From: Saprolegnia diclina VS20
Taxonomy: Eukaryota
Direction of reading: 5' to 3'
DNA length: 64,000 bases
NCBI RefSeq assembly: GCF_000281045.1
Contig: NW_008246130.1
Span: forward strand, 112,035 to 176,034
Below the pieces are notes generated by a model. That model worked only from the letters and a program-made list of their open reading frames with translations. It had not been told where the DNA came from and searched no databases. Of the stretch, positions 23,247 through 35,738 are shown piece by piece. Numbering within the stretch: the stretch's first letter is position 1; each line of letters opens with the position of its first letter. The translations under genes were made by a program, and so were the position numbers.

Positions 23247-25131
23247 TCACGGAGCTCCGAGCGCGCCGTTGACGGACGACTTGCACTCGACGCCGGGAAT
23301 TAAACCCGACTTGTGGATGTACCAGCAGTGGCCGCGCGCGAGGCCACCGACAGTCGTCGCGCTCGGATCAAAGCCACCAAAGACCCACTTGTTGTCGAAC
23401 GTCACAAACTGCACCTTCATCCACTGCTTGGAGAAGCTCAGCTCCATAAAGCCATACGGCTGGCCGGCGGCAGCCCATTTCCTAGACACGCGTTCATATC
23501 CATAGCGTCCATATCTTTAGGAACGTACGTCGTCACGCCGTAAGCGCTTGTGGCCGTCATGGCCGACTGCGTCGAGATGCCGCCGCCCGCGCCGTTGACG
23601 AAAAAGTGCGTGTTCCACGGCGAAATATCGTGGTTGAAGCCGTGCGTATGGCCGTTGATCCACGCGTGGATCTTGTACTTCTTCGTGAGGTCGTGCCACA
23701 TCTTCATGCGGATCGGGTTCATGTGGTAGTGCGGCGAGTAGTGCGTGTTGACGACCTTAAAGTCGGCCGTTGTCGCCGACAAGTCTTTGACCGCGCCGTC
23801 GTAGCTCGTCTTGGCCCACGATTCGATCTTGGCCACGCATTGCTACATCGAAACACCTCAGCGCTCTTGTACGACGCAAGGATAAGAGACGGGGGACGTA
23901 CGTCGTACATGTCGGTATCGCCGCCGCAGCAAAATTTGTCGCCGCGCGCCACCGTCTTGCACGGGTCAAAGCCCGCGGGCTGGCCCGTGTTGCTCGAGTA
24001 GCCGTAGCACTGACAGCACGTCTCGATGGCGCCATGAACATCGGCGTGGTTCGTGTCGAGGTTGAGCACGTCGATCGTGATGCCGTTTTTGGTCACGCGA
24101 TCAATGTAGTAGTGGTCCGTGAGCTTCCATCGGTCCTGGTTCGGGCTCTTGTACGACTGCTGGAGACCAAACTTGGAGTCGAGGTACGTGAGTAGCTCTT
24201 CCGTGCTCGTGCACTTGCGAAAGTTGTCGTCGTCGTCGCCGCAAATGAAGCTGGCACCGCCAATGTCGTGGTTGCCCGCGACGTTGAGCCACGTGATGCC
24301 TTGCAGATCTGGCTGGTTGTACATCTCTTCGAACGTCGTCTGGAAGCGGTACGCCACATCGTTCTTCCCGACGCCGTTCCAGTAGATGTTGTCGCCGTTG
24401 CTCAGAATCCGCGACGGCTTGGGCTTGAGCGACGCGGCCGACTGCGCCATGAGCGTCGCCACGTTGGCTTGCGCGTAGTAGTCGACCTTGTACCTGGACC
24501 ATAATGATTCGTGAGGTGCTCAGCAATGATTCCACATACCGAGGCTTGGAGATGTCGACTTTGCCCCAGTTCGAGTCGGCGGTCAAGTAGACGACACAGC
24601 ACGACCCGGGCTTGCTGCCGTCCGCCTTTTTGCCTACGCTCACCCTATCAGCGTCTTCGACGTGGGCGCTACAAGGACGCACCGGTGGTCGAGCCCCAGT
24701 CGCCAATCGACAGCATCGTGGCCAGAATCGGGTCGGTTTCGGGGTCGGACTGCGGCACGTTGAGCGCGCTGCTACCGTTCGTGTTGCCACCGCCGCCGCC
24801 TGTACTACCGCCCGACATATCGCTGCCGCTGCCGGTCGTCTGCCCTGACTTGCCGTTCGCCGAGCCGCTTACCGACGACGAGCCTTTGGTCGCCATGACG
24901 ACAGCGACGGCGACGCCGGCGGCGGCGATCACGCAGACGCCCGCGATCGCCATGAGGATGCGCGGGTTGAAGCGGCGCCGCGGCTCGCCGCCAACGTCGT
25001 CCGAGTCGCGAAAGTCCATGATCGGGATCTCGGTCACGCTGTCGGGCGCATCGTACTTGCGCGGATCTACGTTGCAGCGATGAGCGTCGACCTTGCCGCT
25101 GCCATGTACTCGTACCCTCGCGTCGGGCCAT
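23247..25131 (-). CDS. Calcineurin-like metallophosphoesterase / purple acid phosphatase-type, type II membrane (copy 3, 6 exons)
   Basis: Motifs GDWG, GDNIY, GNHD, NTHY and GHTH; TM helix ILMAIAGVCVIAAAGVAVAVVM; G/S-rich stalk. Five short GT..AG introns restore the frame. Confidence 0.9.
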
Positions 25132-25555
25132 GGTCAAATCCGTTATAGGCCGATGTGCTGAGGGCCGTCGAGTATTTTATTGAGTTCGGTCTGTTTCTGG
25201 ATACAAACGCAAGTAACACGGTGTGCATTTATTTTATTATCCACGCTCAGCGTGCCGGACGAAGTGCTTTTACGTCGTAAGTAACTGCGCGGCCGCACCC
25301 AAGAGCTCGCGGCGCCGCGGCCTTGATGAACGCCGAGCGTCGCCGCAGCTGCGCAAGGAAGCTGGCGACCATGACGTGGCGGACTGAGGCGGGCATATGA
25401 CGATACATGGAAAGGACCGAGGGAGCATTCCAGCTGGAACGTCGTCGTCGGGCTTGGGACAGGCGGCTTTATGCAGCGATGATGCGATGCAGAGAGAGCT
25501 GCAGAGAGAGACAGGAAGGAAATGATGTGTACATAGAAATCAAGTAATATATAAG

Positions 25556-26404
25556 TTACGGTGGCGTACTCGGACTCGAGCTGCCACTGCTGCTACAACT
25601 GCCCGGCTCGCGACCAAGTGTGAGCTTGCCATCGACCTCGCGATACAGTGTCGCTGTCGCCGGCAAGAGCGCTTTCTCAAGGTGCAGCACTTGGTCGAGG
25701 CAGACGCGCACGTCATGGACGCTCCGCAGCGTCATGAGCACATCGAGGACGAGCGGAAGCGCGGTGTCGTTGGCATCGTCGACAAAGCTGGGCAGTGGCA
25801 CGCCATTCCGAGGCTGCGGCAAGAAGGACATGGGGTTGTTGTCAACCAGCACAATGTGCGCGAGCGACTGGTTGACGTACGGCAAGAGCCGCCGAAGGTC
25901 CTTGAGCGCAAGGCCACGCACGTGTGTACAGTCGTTGTGAAAGAACCGGCGCCGGAAGATCGACCTCGTTGGGTCCAGCATATCGACGATCGGGTTGGCG
26001 TAGCCTGCTTCCGAGCTCGTAAAGAGGTACACGTCAAATTCCTTGGCCAAGGCCGCCAAGAAGGCGTCGACGCCTGGACGCTTGTGCACCTTGACTGTAA
26101 TGTCCGGCGTCAGGGCCACGTCGATGGCGTCGACGAACGCTCCGTAGCGCACGTGGGCGTACTGCGTGTGGACGAGGCACTCGTCCAAGTCGAGGACGAT
26201 TGCGAGCCGCGTCGGCGCTGGCGCTTCGTTGGCCGCTGCCACCGCTGCAAGGCTCGCCGCCGTGCCATAGTCGTAGAGAAGGTACGACGTGACGCTGTAC
26301 GCGTCGGCGAGGAGCGCTGGGAGGACGCTAGCGTCAGCGGGCGACGGGCCCTTGGGCACGAGCTTGCCGAGCCATCGCACGAGGAATTCCTTCAGCGCAG
26401 GCAT
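25556..26404 (-). CDS. SCP/FCP1-like (NLI-interacting factor) HAD phosphatase
   Basis: Motifs VLDLDECLVH, KRPGVDAFL, FTSS..YANPIVDMLDP, KDL, LVDNNPMSF..QPRNG and DTAL. Intronless. Confidence 0.92.
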   Translation of the reverse strand: MPALKEFLVRWLGKLVPKGPSPADASVLPALLADAYSVTSYLLYDYGTAASLAAVAAANEAPAPTRLAIVLDLDECLVHTQYAHVRYGAFVDAIDVALTPDITVKVHKRPGVDAFLAALAKEFDVYLFTSSEAGYANPIVDMLDPTRSIFRRRFFHNDCTHVRGLALKDLRRLLPYVNQSLAHIVLVDNNPMSFLPQPRNGVPLPSFVDDANDTALPLVLDVLMTLRSVHDVRVCLDQVLHLEKALLPATATLYREVDGKLTLGREPGSCSSSGSSSPSTPP

Positions 26405-26817
26405 GCGTGTGAACCGTGAGCTGTGTCGTCACATGGTGCCCATCGCCACTTGGATACGCCTTCTGACTCCATTCGCAGCGCTTTTTCAAAGTTGGGTGGA
26501 TTTAGGCGTTATAGACACGGCTTCTGGTCGTATCGCTGCATAGTACGCGGCGCTATTGCGTTGTTGGTCGCGACCTGCGCAGTGCTACGCGCACCCAACT
26601 TGCAGTTGAATTTTTCACGTGTGGGAAATCGACACTGCGACATGTCAGCCCAAATTCTTCGGAATCGAGTTTCGCACGTTTCTCACTTCTGAGTCGCAAC
26701 CGCTTCGTGAAGAACCGATTCCAGATGAGCCGGATAACCGGTTAGCCGACTTGCAGGACAGCTCACGAACGGTTTCACGGTTTGCACCCCAGGTTGAATT
26801 ATTTTCGCGGCAACAGG

Positions 26818-29800
26818 ATGTCCACGCCGTGGCCGCGCCGTGGCGCCGCAGCACCGGCTCCCAGCGCCGATGCGCCAGCTGCCTGGCCACGCCGCAAGAA
26901 GGAAGACGCTGCGCCTCCAGCAGCTGCGACAACCAAGCCACCACCGGGAGCGTCCGCGTGGCCTCGGCGGCAGCCCGCCGCATCGGCGCCCGTGCCCGCG
27001 ACCAAGGCCGCCAAGAAGAAAGCCGTCGAGGACGACGCATGGGTGCTCAAGATGTACGAAAAGCGAAAGGAGCTGAAGAAGAAGCGAAAACTCGAGGCCA
27101 AGATGGCCCCGCCACCCGTTCCAGCTGACGACGTCCCGGTCGCTGACCCAGAACACGCCGCCGCTGCGTTGGCGCCGTCCTCACTCGTAGACGACAGCGA
27201 GTCTCTGCCTGCGATCCCTCCCAACAGCTTTTATGACGAAGCGCCTGCATTCGACCCGACGCTATTTGAGCCCGTGGCGAAACGCGCCAAAGCGGAAGTC
27301 GAGATGCCTGCCACGAAACCCACGCCCCAAGCGGTGGCGTCCGAGCCGCAAGCATCCTCACGCGTTGCAAGCAAAAAGAGGGCACCGAGCGACGACGACG
27401 ACGTCAGTAGCGACGACGACATCGCTCCCAAGTCTACCAAACCGCGGGCCAAGCCAAAGCCGACGAGTCTTCCTAGTAACGCACCGAGCGAGGAGGACGA
27501 GATCGACACGACCGAGTGGCGCAAGCACGCCATCAAGCAGCGACAAGCCGCGGTCGGGAGCCACAGCGTCAGCGACAACTTTGTGCGGCTCACGATGCGG
27601 AAAAAGGTCAAGGGCAGTCGCGGCAACCCCAAGAAGCGGCCGCTGTACCTTCGCGCCACGCTCTACGACAAAGCCGAGCACGACGAAGCGCCCGTGAGCA
27701 AGGCGACGCACGACGGCGTCGACGTCGTCCAAGAATGCCTCGATGTGCTCGCCAAGCCGCCGCCGCCACCGACCTTTGTGACGCTGGAAGAGGCGGTGTC
27801 GACACCGCTCTGCTACCACGGGCTTCCCGCGCACCGCCTCGTCGTCAAGAAGAAGACGGCGAACCACGGCCGCGGCTTCTTTGCGTGCACGCGCAAGCTC
27901 GATGAAGGGCGCTGTGACTTTTTTCTCTGGGAACAGAACCATCCGGATGCGATCGCGCATGCGCTCGCGACCCCCGAAGCCGAGCTGCCGCCCATGCCCG
28001 AGTTTGCCACGCCCCTTGACGCGCTGCGGGTCCTTTTCGGCCACGCGGACTTCAAGCCTGGCCAGCGCTGGGCGATCGACCGCGTTCTCAACCGGCACGA
28101 GAAGGCGTCGCTGTTGATCTTGCCGACCGGCGCCGGCAAGTCGCTCTGCTACCAGCTCCCGTCCATCTTCCTCCCCGGTCTCACGCTCGTCATTTCGCCG
28201 CTCATTTCTCTCATCAACGACCAAATGGAGAAGCTGCCGCCGCCGCTTCAAGCACGCGCCGCGAGCTTCTCGTCGGCCAAGTTCAAGGCCGACCAGGCCT
28301 CACTCTGCCGTGCGCTCTACGCGGGCCACATCAAACTGCTCTTTGTCTCGCCCGAGCGGGCCGTCACCGCCGGCTTCCACACGCTTCTCTCCAAGCTCTC
28401 AATTAGCCTCGTCTGCGTCGACGAAGCGCACTGTCTCTCAGAGTGGTCGCACAACTTTCGACCGTCTTTTCTGCGCTTGGGGCCGCTCGCTGCCAAAGCA
28501 TCGCAAGTGCTGGCGCTCACCGCGACGGCGTCGACGAGCGTCACGGCCGACATTGCGCGCATCCTGAGCATCAGCGACGACGGCATCCGCCGTGACCGAA
28601 TCGGCCGTGACAACCTGACGCTGGACGTTGCCGTGACGACAGATGCGTCACGCCTCGACGACCTCCGCGCGCTCTTGACGGCGCCACCGTACAATAAGGG
28701 CAGCGTCATCGTCTATGTCCACACGCAGTACGCGGCGGCGATGGTCGCAGGCCACTTGAGTGCCCAAGCTCACATCAAGACGAGCGCGTACCATGCAGGC
28801 CTCGAAGCCGATGTCAAAGAAAAGGTGCGTTTCCGAGCACCCCATTTGCGAAAAAAGTGCACTTTCAATGTCGATGTAGGTCCGGGCGACGTTTCTGAGC
28901 GGGAAGCTGCGTGTTGTCGTCGCCACGATCGCCTTTGGCATGGGCATCGACAAGCCCAATGTGCGCGGCGTGATCCACTACCACATGCCGAGCAGCATGG
29001 AGCACTACGTGCAGCACGTCGGCCGCGCGGGTCGTGACGGCAAGCCCGCCCACTGCACGCTGCTGCTTGTGGCGAGCGACTTCAACCGGTTCCACGCCCT
29101 TGCGCACTCGGACGGTCTCTCAGTTAGCCAACTGAGTCGGTTTCTGGACTTGGTCTTTGGCGACGACCGCGGTATCCCGACTCGTCCAGGCTTTTGCGAG
29201 CTCACGCTACCGATCAAGTGGCTCGAGATGGAGCTCGACATGAAGGAAGGCGTGCTCGAGACGATCTTGACGATGCTCGAGCTCCAAGGCCACATCAAGC
29301 TCCTCCCGTCGCTCCACGCCACGTGCACGCTCACGATTTCGAACTTCGAGCCGTGGAAGTCGCACATCCTGTTCACCCGCGTCGAAGCGCTCGCTGACGC
29401 CAGGACCGAGCAAGAAGGGTACCTCACCAAAACCATCTACACGTTCAACGTCGTCGAGCTCACGCAAACATTTCCGCTGCGCGCGAACGACGATATTGTG
29501 TTGCTGGAGCTCCGCCGGCTGCAGCAAACCGGCGTTGGACAGTACCAGTTGAGCGACTACGCCGTGCGGCTCGAGCGATCTGCTTCGCGCCTTCCGAACG
29601 TAGAGTCGATTGTGCGTGACGTGTACACGCACCACGTCGCGCAAGAGAAGCGCAATGTGATCCGCGTCGAAGCCTTGTACGCCGCACTCTTACGGGCCGC
29701 CGAAAGCGATGACGCGACAGCGTCCCTCAACGAGACGATCGAAGCGTACTTTGAAGACCAGGACGACAACGCACCCGTCGCCAAGCCGTGGGCATTTGCC

Positions 29801-30067
29801 CCGCTGACGCTTGGTCAAATTACCGGGATTCAGCAGGCGACGCACAGCCTGCTGCACCACGACAAGCGCGCCTTCTCGGCGCAGAGCATCACGCGCATCC
29901 TCCATGGCATGGCGAGTCCGTGTTTCCCGAGCGACGAGTGGCGCGACCACAATGCATGGTCGCGGTATGCCACATTGCCCTTTTCGCTCGTCAAGAACGT
30001 CGTCCATGACGTCGTGACGGCCTTCCGGAAGGACGAGATGACGGCAGCAGCATCGACAGAGCCTTGA
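26818..30067 (+). CDS. RECQL4: RecQ4-like ATP-dependent DNA helicase with GRF zinc finger, 2 exons
   Basis: Motifs LPTGAGKSLCYQLP, DEAHCLSEWSHNFRP, LTATA, ATIAFGMGIDK and QHVGRAGRDG. RecQ4-type SDNFVRL and RILHGMASPCFP. Intron 28825-28879. Confidence 0.92.
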
Positions 30068-30814
30068 AGTGGCTATGTTGCGCGCGAGATCAAGGGTAGC
30101 AATGTACGAGTACCACATCACAAAAGAGTGTTTGAGATACACACCGAAAACATCTGCAAACGCCAAGCATCGATATATTGATGGACATATTGTGTACTAT
30201 AGACGCGCTAAGATGCGAAAGACCTTGCCAGACGTCGGACAGCGTGCGTTGGTCTCGATGCGTTGGCCCACATCGTCGATTATCACCAGCATCTCGCTGT
30301 CGCCATGCCAGGCGACATACTCGCGCAGACTGGCTAGCGACAAGTGCGCGCTGCTTAGCGGGGACGTCGCTGATTGCAGTGCGCATCATTGGACTACGCA
30401 CTTCGTTGACGGTATGACGTCGGGGGCGCTTGGAGCGAAACTAACTCCACGTTCGATCCAGTGGCAGTCGACGCGTCCGGTCGAAACGACGCCGGCCGTT
30501 CTGGATCCAACGTAATGCAGGATCGGCCCATGACCCGCAGCTCCTGATAGTTGCTTCGAGATGGTTCTGGCATGCGTGCTCTCTGTCTTGCACCACACCA
30601 TTCTACCGCTACCAAGACGCCGGCGGATCCAACCCTATCCCTCCACCATCGTTTCTAAACTGTGATATATGTTGCTGCTGGATGCCCGACAACTCCCACA
30701 CTTCCACACACCAGAGCGACTGCCCAGAGCGACAAGGCGGCAACGTCTTCTGGAACTGTGCAAATGGGTTTCTCCAACATGGTTTTTACAATTTGACGCC
30801 TTTACACGCAAAAA

Positions 30815-31113
30815 NNNNNNNNNNNNNNNNNNNNNNNNNNNNNNNNNNNNNNNNNNNNNNNNNNNNNNNNNNNNNNNNNNNNNNNNNNNNNNNNNNNNNN
30901 NNNNNNNNNNNNNNNNNNNNNNNNNNNNNNNNNNNNNNNNNNNNNNNNNNNNNNNNNNNNNNNNNNNNNNNNNNNNNNNNNNNNNNNNNNNNNNNNNNNN
31001 NNNNNNNNNNNNNNNNNNNNNNNNNNNNNNNNNNNNNNNNNNNNNNNNNNNNNNNNNNNNNNNNNNNNNNNNNNNNNNNNNNNNNNNNNNNNNNNNNNNN
31101 NNNNNNNNNNNNN
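30815..31113. other. Assembly gap (299 N)
   Basis: Run of N characters. Confidence 1.
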
Positions 31114-31969
31114 TCGTGTAGAAAAAACATCGTATCGACCACTCACCATCGCATATCCGCTCACTCGTTTGCATGCAAGCACATGTGTTTCTCGACGACG
31201 ATGGCAATAGCTAGCTGCGCGACTCGTTGGTGATCGCACCCTTGCAGCGCCGCAAGCATGAGCGACCTGGCTTGACGATCGTGGCGGCTGTGCGACGAGG
31301 TTGTAGCCGCGAGCTGCGCCGCCGGCATATCGGCGGGTGCTAGAGCGCGTCCAAGCGCTGGTGGACCATGTCGGCAGGTTGACAGCACATGAGGTAATCC
31401 TTGCTGCCAATGCGCATCGTGGTTGCTTTGTACTAGACAGATTTGGCCACCATATTTGTCTTCCTGTGCTGTCCTTTCATAGCACACTCATAGAGCTAGA
31501 TCGCTAGTTTGGTCCCAAACCACTGCGTAGAAACAGTGTATAAGCGCTTCCCGTCAACAGAGCGCCCACCGCAGCAGTGGCACACTCTGTGTAGGTTGTG
31601 TAGGGATTCAAGGTATTTGTCGCCACTGTCTCGCCAGCGATCGTCGCTTGCAAGGTGAATTGGCAAGATCACGCTCCTGGGGCTCATCAAAGTGGCAGGG
31701 CGCGCTGTGGCGCTTCAAATACTGACCATCGTACATCCACGACGAAGACACCGGCTCGCTCAACACGCAGTACCCTTTGGCTTGGCGCTCCAAAGCAGAT
31801 TGTCAGTGTCCAGACGCTAGTCAGTCTGAGCTCGACGCAGTACGGCCACTCGAAGCGAACACACTTCTACATGCCTGAGCGCTCTGCAACGTGCAGGGCG
31901 ACCTTGCGCCGACGAGACCGCGTACGACAGAGCAGACGATGTAGCTAGCGCGAGGTCCGTGTGAAAAAG

Positions 31970-32878
31970 TTACTCGGTCGACGTCTTGCGGGCGTCGCGC
32001 TGCGTGTTGAGCTCTTGGACCCACGACTGGACGAGGGGCGTCTTGAACTTGCCCTGTGTGCTGTTGAAGAAGTCCTGGAGATCGACGGCTTGCACTATCG
32101 CAGCATGAGATCCTGTGCAGAGTTGTACTGTACTAGCGCACCGCTCTCGTACTCGTCGGCCTGCAGAATCATCTCAAACTTGTCAAAGTCCTACGAACAA
32201 TGCTAATCATGGAAGGCGCACGACCTGACCATGGCGACTACCTTGACCATCTTGGCTTCGTCCGTCGATGCGTTCTCGTACTCGAACCACAAGTCGCGGA
32301 TTTCCTTGGCTACACGCATATACGGGTCGACGAATGTGCGAGGATGCGTCGCAGCGTACCAGCTTGGGACTCGGCGCCGAGCTTGGTGCAAATCTCATCG
32401 ATCGCATCCTGGAGCATGCGCGATGAGGATGCATAGCGATATGAGAGGAGAAGGACGTACACGCTCGAGCTTGTGCTTGTCTTCGTCCGAGACGCCTGCG
32501 CTAGAATCAGCAGCCGCAGCAGGAAGGCGTGCGTACCATCGTGGGGCGTAATGTCGCCAACGAAGGCTTCCGCCAAGTCGTGCACGATGGCCATCTTGAT
32601 GCACCTACATGCGCATTAGCTCACCTACGTCGTACCGGAGTGCATACTTCATGCGGTCGACGGACGAGTCGTTGTCGAGGAGAAGGCTGCACATGGCCAG
32701 GCGGTACATGTGGTCCGAGACTGACTCGGGCGCATGGACTTGGTGGTTGACCCAGCCCGTACGCTTGAGGCGCTACCCAGCCTTGAGCCATCGCCATTCA
32801 CATACCGTCTACCTTTAGCTGGCCGCAGACGCGGAGGAAGTCGAGCGCGCTCGAGGCCGAGATCCCGCGGGTCGTCAT
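31970..32878 (-). CDS. HDDC2: HD domain-containing protein 2 (5'-deoxynucleotidase), multi-exon
   Basis: The spliced reading gives [61 protein letters not shown] and [12 protein letters not shown]. Confidence 0.93.
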
Positions 32879-32969
32879 GAAGATGAATGGCAGGTTGGAA
32901 ATCCGGCATCCGGATGATATCTTTATCCGGCATGGCCCTTGGCGGTCGGAAGATCCATCCTTGACGCCG

Positions 32970-34246
32970 ATGGTCGCGGTCCAGATCAGCAAGAACAATG
33001 GCTTCTTCGAGTACAAGGAGGTCGACGTCGACGTCGTGAGCGGGCTCCGCTGCATCGGCGACATGAAGCTCCTCATGGCCAACGCCATCTACGCGGAAGA
33101 GGACCTCTTTACGCTCGAGGGCCCGCACGAGGTGAAGCTTTACCACATGCCAGGCGCCGACGACGTCGACAGCCTCGCCGACACGGACATGGTCACGATC
33201 CTCGAGTGGGTCAACGGCGGCGATGCGCCATCTCAGTGGGTCCTCGACATCTTTGGCCGACCGCTCGTCACGTCCATCTCGACTGACCTTGTCCTCGATG
33301 ACATTGACAAGTCCGTTCTCCAGGATAGCCAGATGCTAACCACGCCTCTGCGTAGCTTGCGCATTTCGTACACAAGCGCGTCGTCGCCGCTGCGGCCAGC
33401 GTCGCCAGGCGCGACGTCCGGCTACGAGCCTTTCCTGCACGTAGGGACGTGGTACAGCGCGACGGAGCTGGGATCGACTCACACAAGTGCGATCGTGTAG
33501 GGTGCCCATGCTAAGCGGAGCGCGGGCTGTGCGCCGGGACAGCGGCCCCGGTTCGTCCAACTTGATGGGTCTCGTGGGCCGTCCGACGCCGCAGCTGCAG
33601 AGCGAGTATGAAGACATTGTGCAGACCACGCACCGCGCCCAGGAAACGCTGCGCAAGTTTCAAAGCATCGGGAAACCCGTGACGACGCAAAGCCTCCAGA
33701 CGATCCTCTTGCCATTGGCCATGGTAATACGTGCTGCCGTGTGTCTTGGCGCCTTATCGTAGTATCTGTATATAGGCCAGTCCGAGTGCCATTGCGCGCT
33801 ACGGCCCGAGCGTGCTGCACCAAGGCGTGTACACGCTGATCGAGAGCGACCTCCAAAAAGGCTTCGTGCAAGCTGTCCGTATCTGGTTTCGCTTCGACAA
33901 CGAGCGCACGCTCAAGGTCGCGTAGTACCATGGAGATGAAGGCGCCAACCCTCTTGGTGATTAGGTTACCAAGCGCAATGGGAGCTTGGGCTTGAAGCCT
34001 GTTCGGCAGCAAGACGGCTGGATCGTCGTGCAAGCGGTGCCAGGCTCGGCGTGCGCACTAGCGGGCATGCCACCACAAGAAGTGTTTTTAACGCACGTCA
34101 ATGGCGTCGACGTCTCGCCGCCGACGTGCCCGGCGATCTCGGACAAGACGACGCGGCCGCAGAACTTGAGCCATAGCGTGAGCTGGGCAGGCAACGTCGT
34201 ACCCCTCGTCGAGGAGACCGACGTGTGCGAGCTTACTTACTTTTAG
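32970..34246 (+). CDS. Hypothetical protein with C-terminal PDZ-like segment, about 4 exons
   Basis: Coding-biased exons joined by introns near 33452-33500, 33724-33775 and 33917-33964. The last exon VTKRNGSLGL...PGSACALAGM...LTHVNGVDV is PDZ-like. Confidence 0.6.
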
Positions 34247-34451
34247 CGCGCAGCGTAGTACCTTCAGGATACGAATCGATCAAGCGAGTGTGTGCAACTG
34301 GAGGATTGCGGCGACTTGGGTGCGGGTTTGCATGGAAGCTGCATGTAGAAGCTGGAGCGTATCCCACCCTCTGTCGTCGTTGGCGATGGACGCGGGTCAA
34401 GGATCACTGACCTACTACGTTGTCATTAACTGACGAAGAACACCATCTCTA

Positions 34452-35192
34452 TTAGTCGGTGCCCATGGACTTGCGGATCTGGCCCGTGACCGTGTCCATG
34501 CTAATATTTGCGTCGACTTCGACGAGCTTGCCCTGCTTGGCATAGTAGTCGATGACGGGCTGCGTCTGCTTGTGGAACGCATCCAAGCGCGTGCTCAGCG
34601 TGTCGACGTTGTCGTCCTTGCGCTGAATGAGCGGCTCGCCCGTGACATCATCGACGCCCTCGACCTGCGGCGGGTTGAACTTGACGTGGTAGCTGCGGCC
34701 GCTGCTGACGTGGATGCGGCGACCCGCAATGCGCTCGACAAGCACCTGGTCGGGGATGTTGAAGTTGACAACCTTGTCGACCTGCGTCTTCGTCTCGGCG
34801 AGCATCTCGTCGAGCTTCTCGGCCTGCACGACAGTGCGCGGGAAGCCATCGAGGATGAAGCCGCGGCGGCACTCGGGGCTCTTGATCGCGTCCTTGATGA
34901 TGCCAATGACGATCTCATCCGTGACGAGGGCGCCCGATTCCATGGCGGCCTTGGCCTTCTTGCCCATGTCAGTGCCATCACGCACGGCGGCGCGGAGCAT
35001 GTCACCCGTGGCCAAGTGGCACAAGCAGTACTCGTCCTTGATGATCGGCGACTGCGTGCCCTTGCCGCAGCCCGGCGGGCCGATGAAGATCGTGCGGCGC
35101 TCCTTCTTGGTGGCGCACTCCATGCGCTTCTCGAGCTCGGCGAGGAGCGACTTGGTCGGGACGGCAGCGAGGGACGCGAGCGAAGCAGCCAT
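34452..35192 (-). CDS. ADK: Adenylate kinase (AK2/ADK1-type with LID domain)
   Basis: Motifs [35 protein letters not shown] and [14 protein letters not shown]. Confidence 0.97.
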   Translation of the reverse strand: MAASLASLAAVPTKSLLAELEKRMECATKKERRTIFIGPPGCGKGTQSPIIKDEYCLCHLATGDMLRAAVRDGTDMGKKAKAAMESGALVTDEIVIGIIKDAIKSPECRRGFILDGFPRTVVQAEKLDEMLAETKTQVDKVVNFNIPDQVLVERIAGRRIHVSSGRSYHVKFNPPQVEGVDDVTGEPLIQRKDDNVDTLSTRLDAFHKQTQPVIDYYAKQGKLVEVDANISMDTVTGQIRKSMGTD

Positions 35193-35738
35193 CGTGAAGC
35201 AAATTGATGTTTGGCCGAGGTGCGCCATCTATTTTGAGGCGTATACTGAGGCTCAATGTACCGATCGTGCAAGGCCATTGGTCAATATCTTTGACGTCAG
35301 TTCGCTTTTTAGCCAATCACATGCAGTGGCGGACCTTCCGTGGCGTCCCAGCCTCAACGTTTTAATGCACTTGTTTGAAGCGTTGTATACGTGTACAAAA
35401 AAAGACGGCGCCACAGCATTTGCGTACGCAATCGCGCCCGTCGCCTGCGTTGCAGCCTCTGATTCGACCAAATCGTTGCATTTGCGCCAATCCGCGATCA
35501 GGGATTGTCAAAGAAATCCTGGATCCAGGATATCCATTCGAGGATCGGATCCCATCCATTGTCGAGTCGACGGACGACGAACGACAAGCGGCGCGGACCA
35601 GGTGCCAGCCGCGACGCACAACTAAAGCCGACCACTCAGTTCTGAGCATTATCCATCGACGGCAAAGAGGGCGGTTGAAGCAGCATGGCGAGCGCTAAAT
35701 ATAGCGCCGCTGAGCCAAGTCAATGACAGTGTACGACG

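Noticed and set aside
30635..31410. ORFs spanning the N run
   Set aside because: Artefacts of the assembly gap.
32876..32879. Overlapping start codons (CATG) of HDDC2 and the + strand ORF 32877-33500
   Set aside because: The first 31 codons cover the motif-rich promoter spacer and lack coding bias, so ATG 32970 is the more plausible start.
1368..35192. Nucleotide-metabolism cluster (guanine deaminase, HDDC2, adenylate kinase)
   Set aside because: The genes are dispersed among unrelated ones, so there is no evidence of functional clustering.
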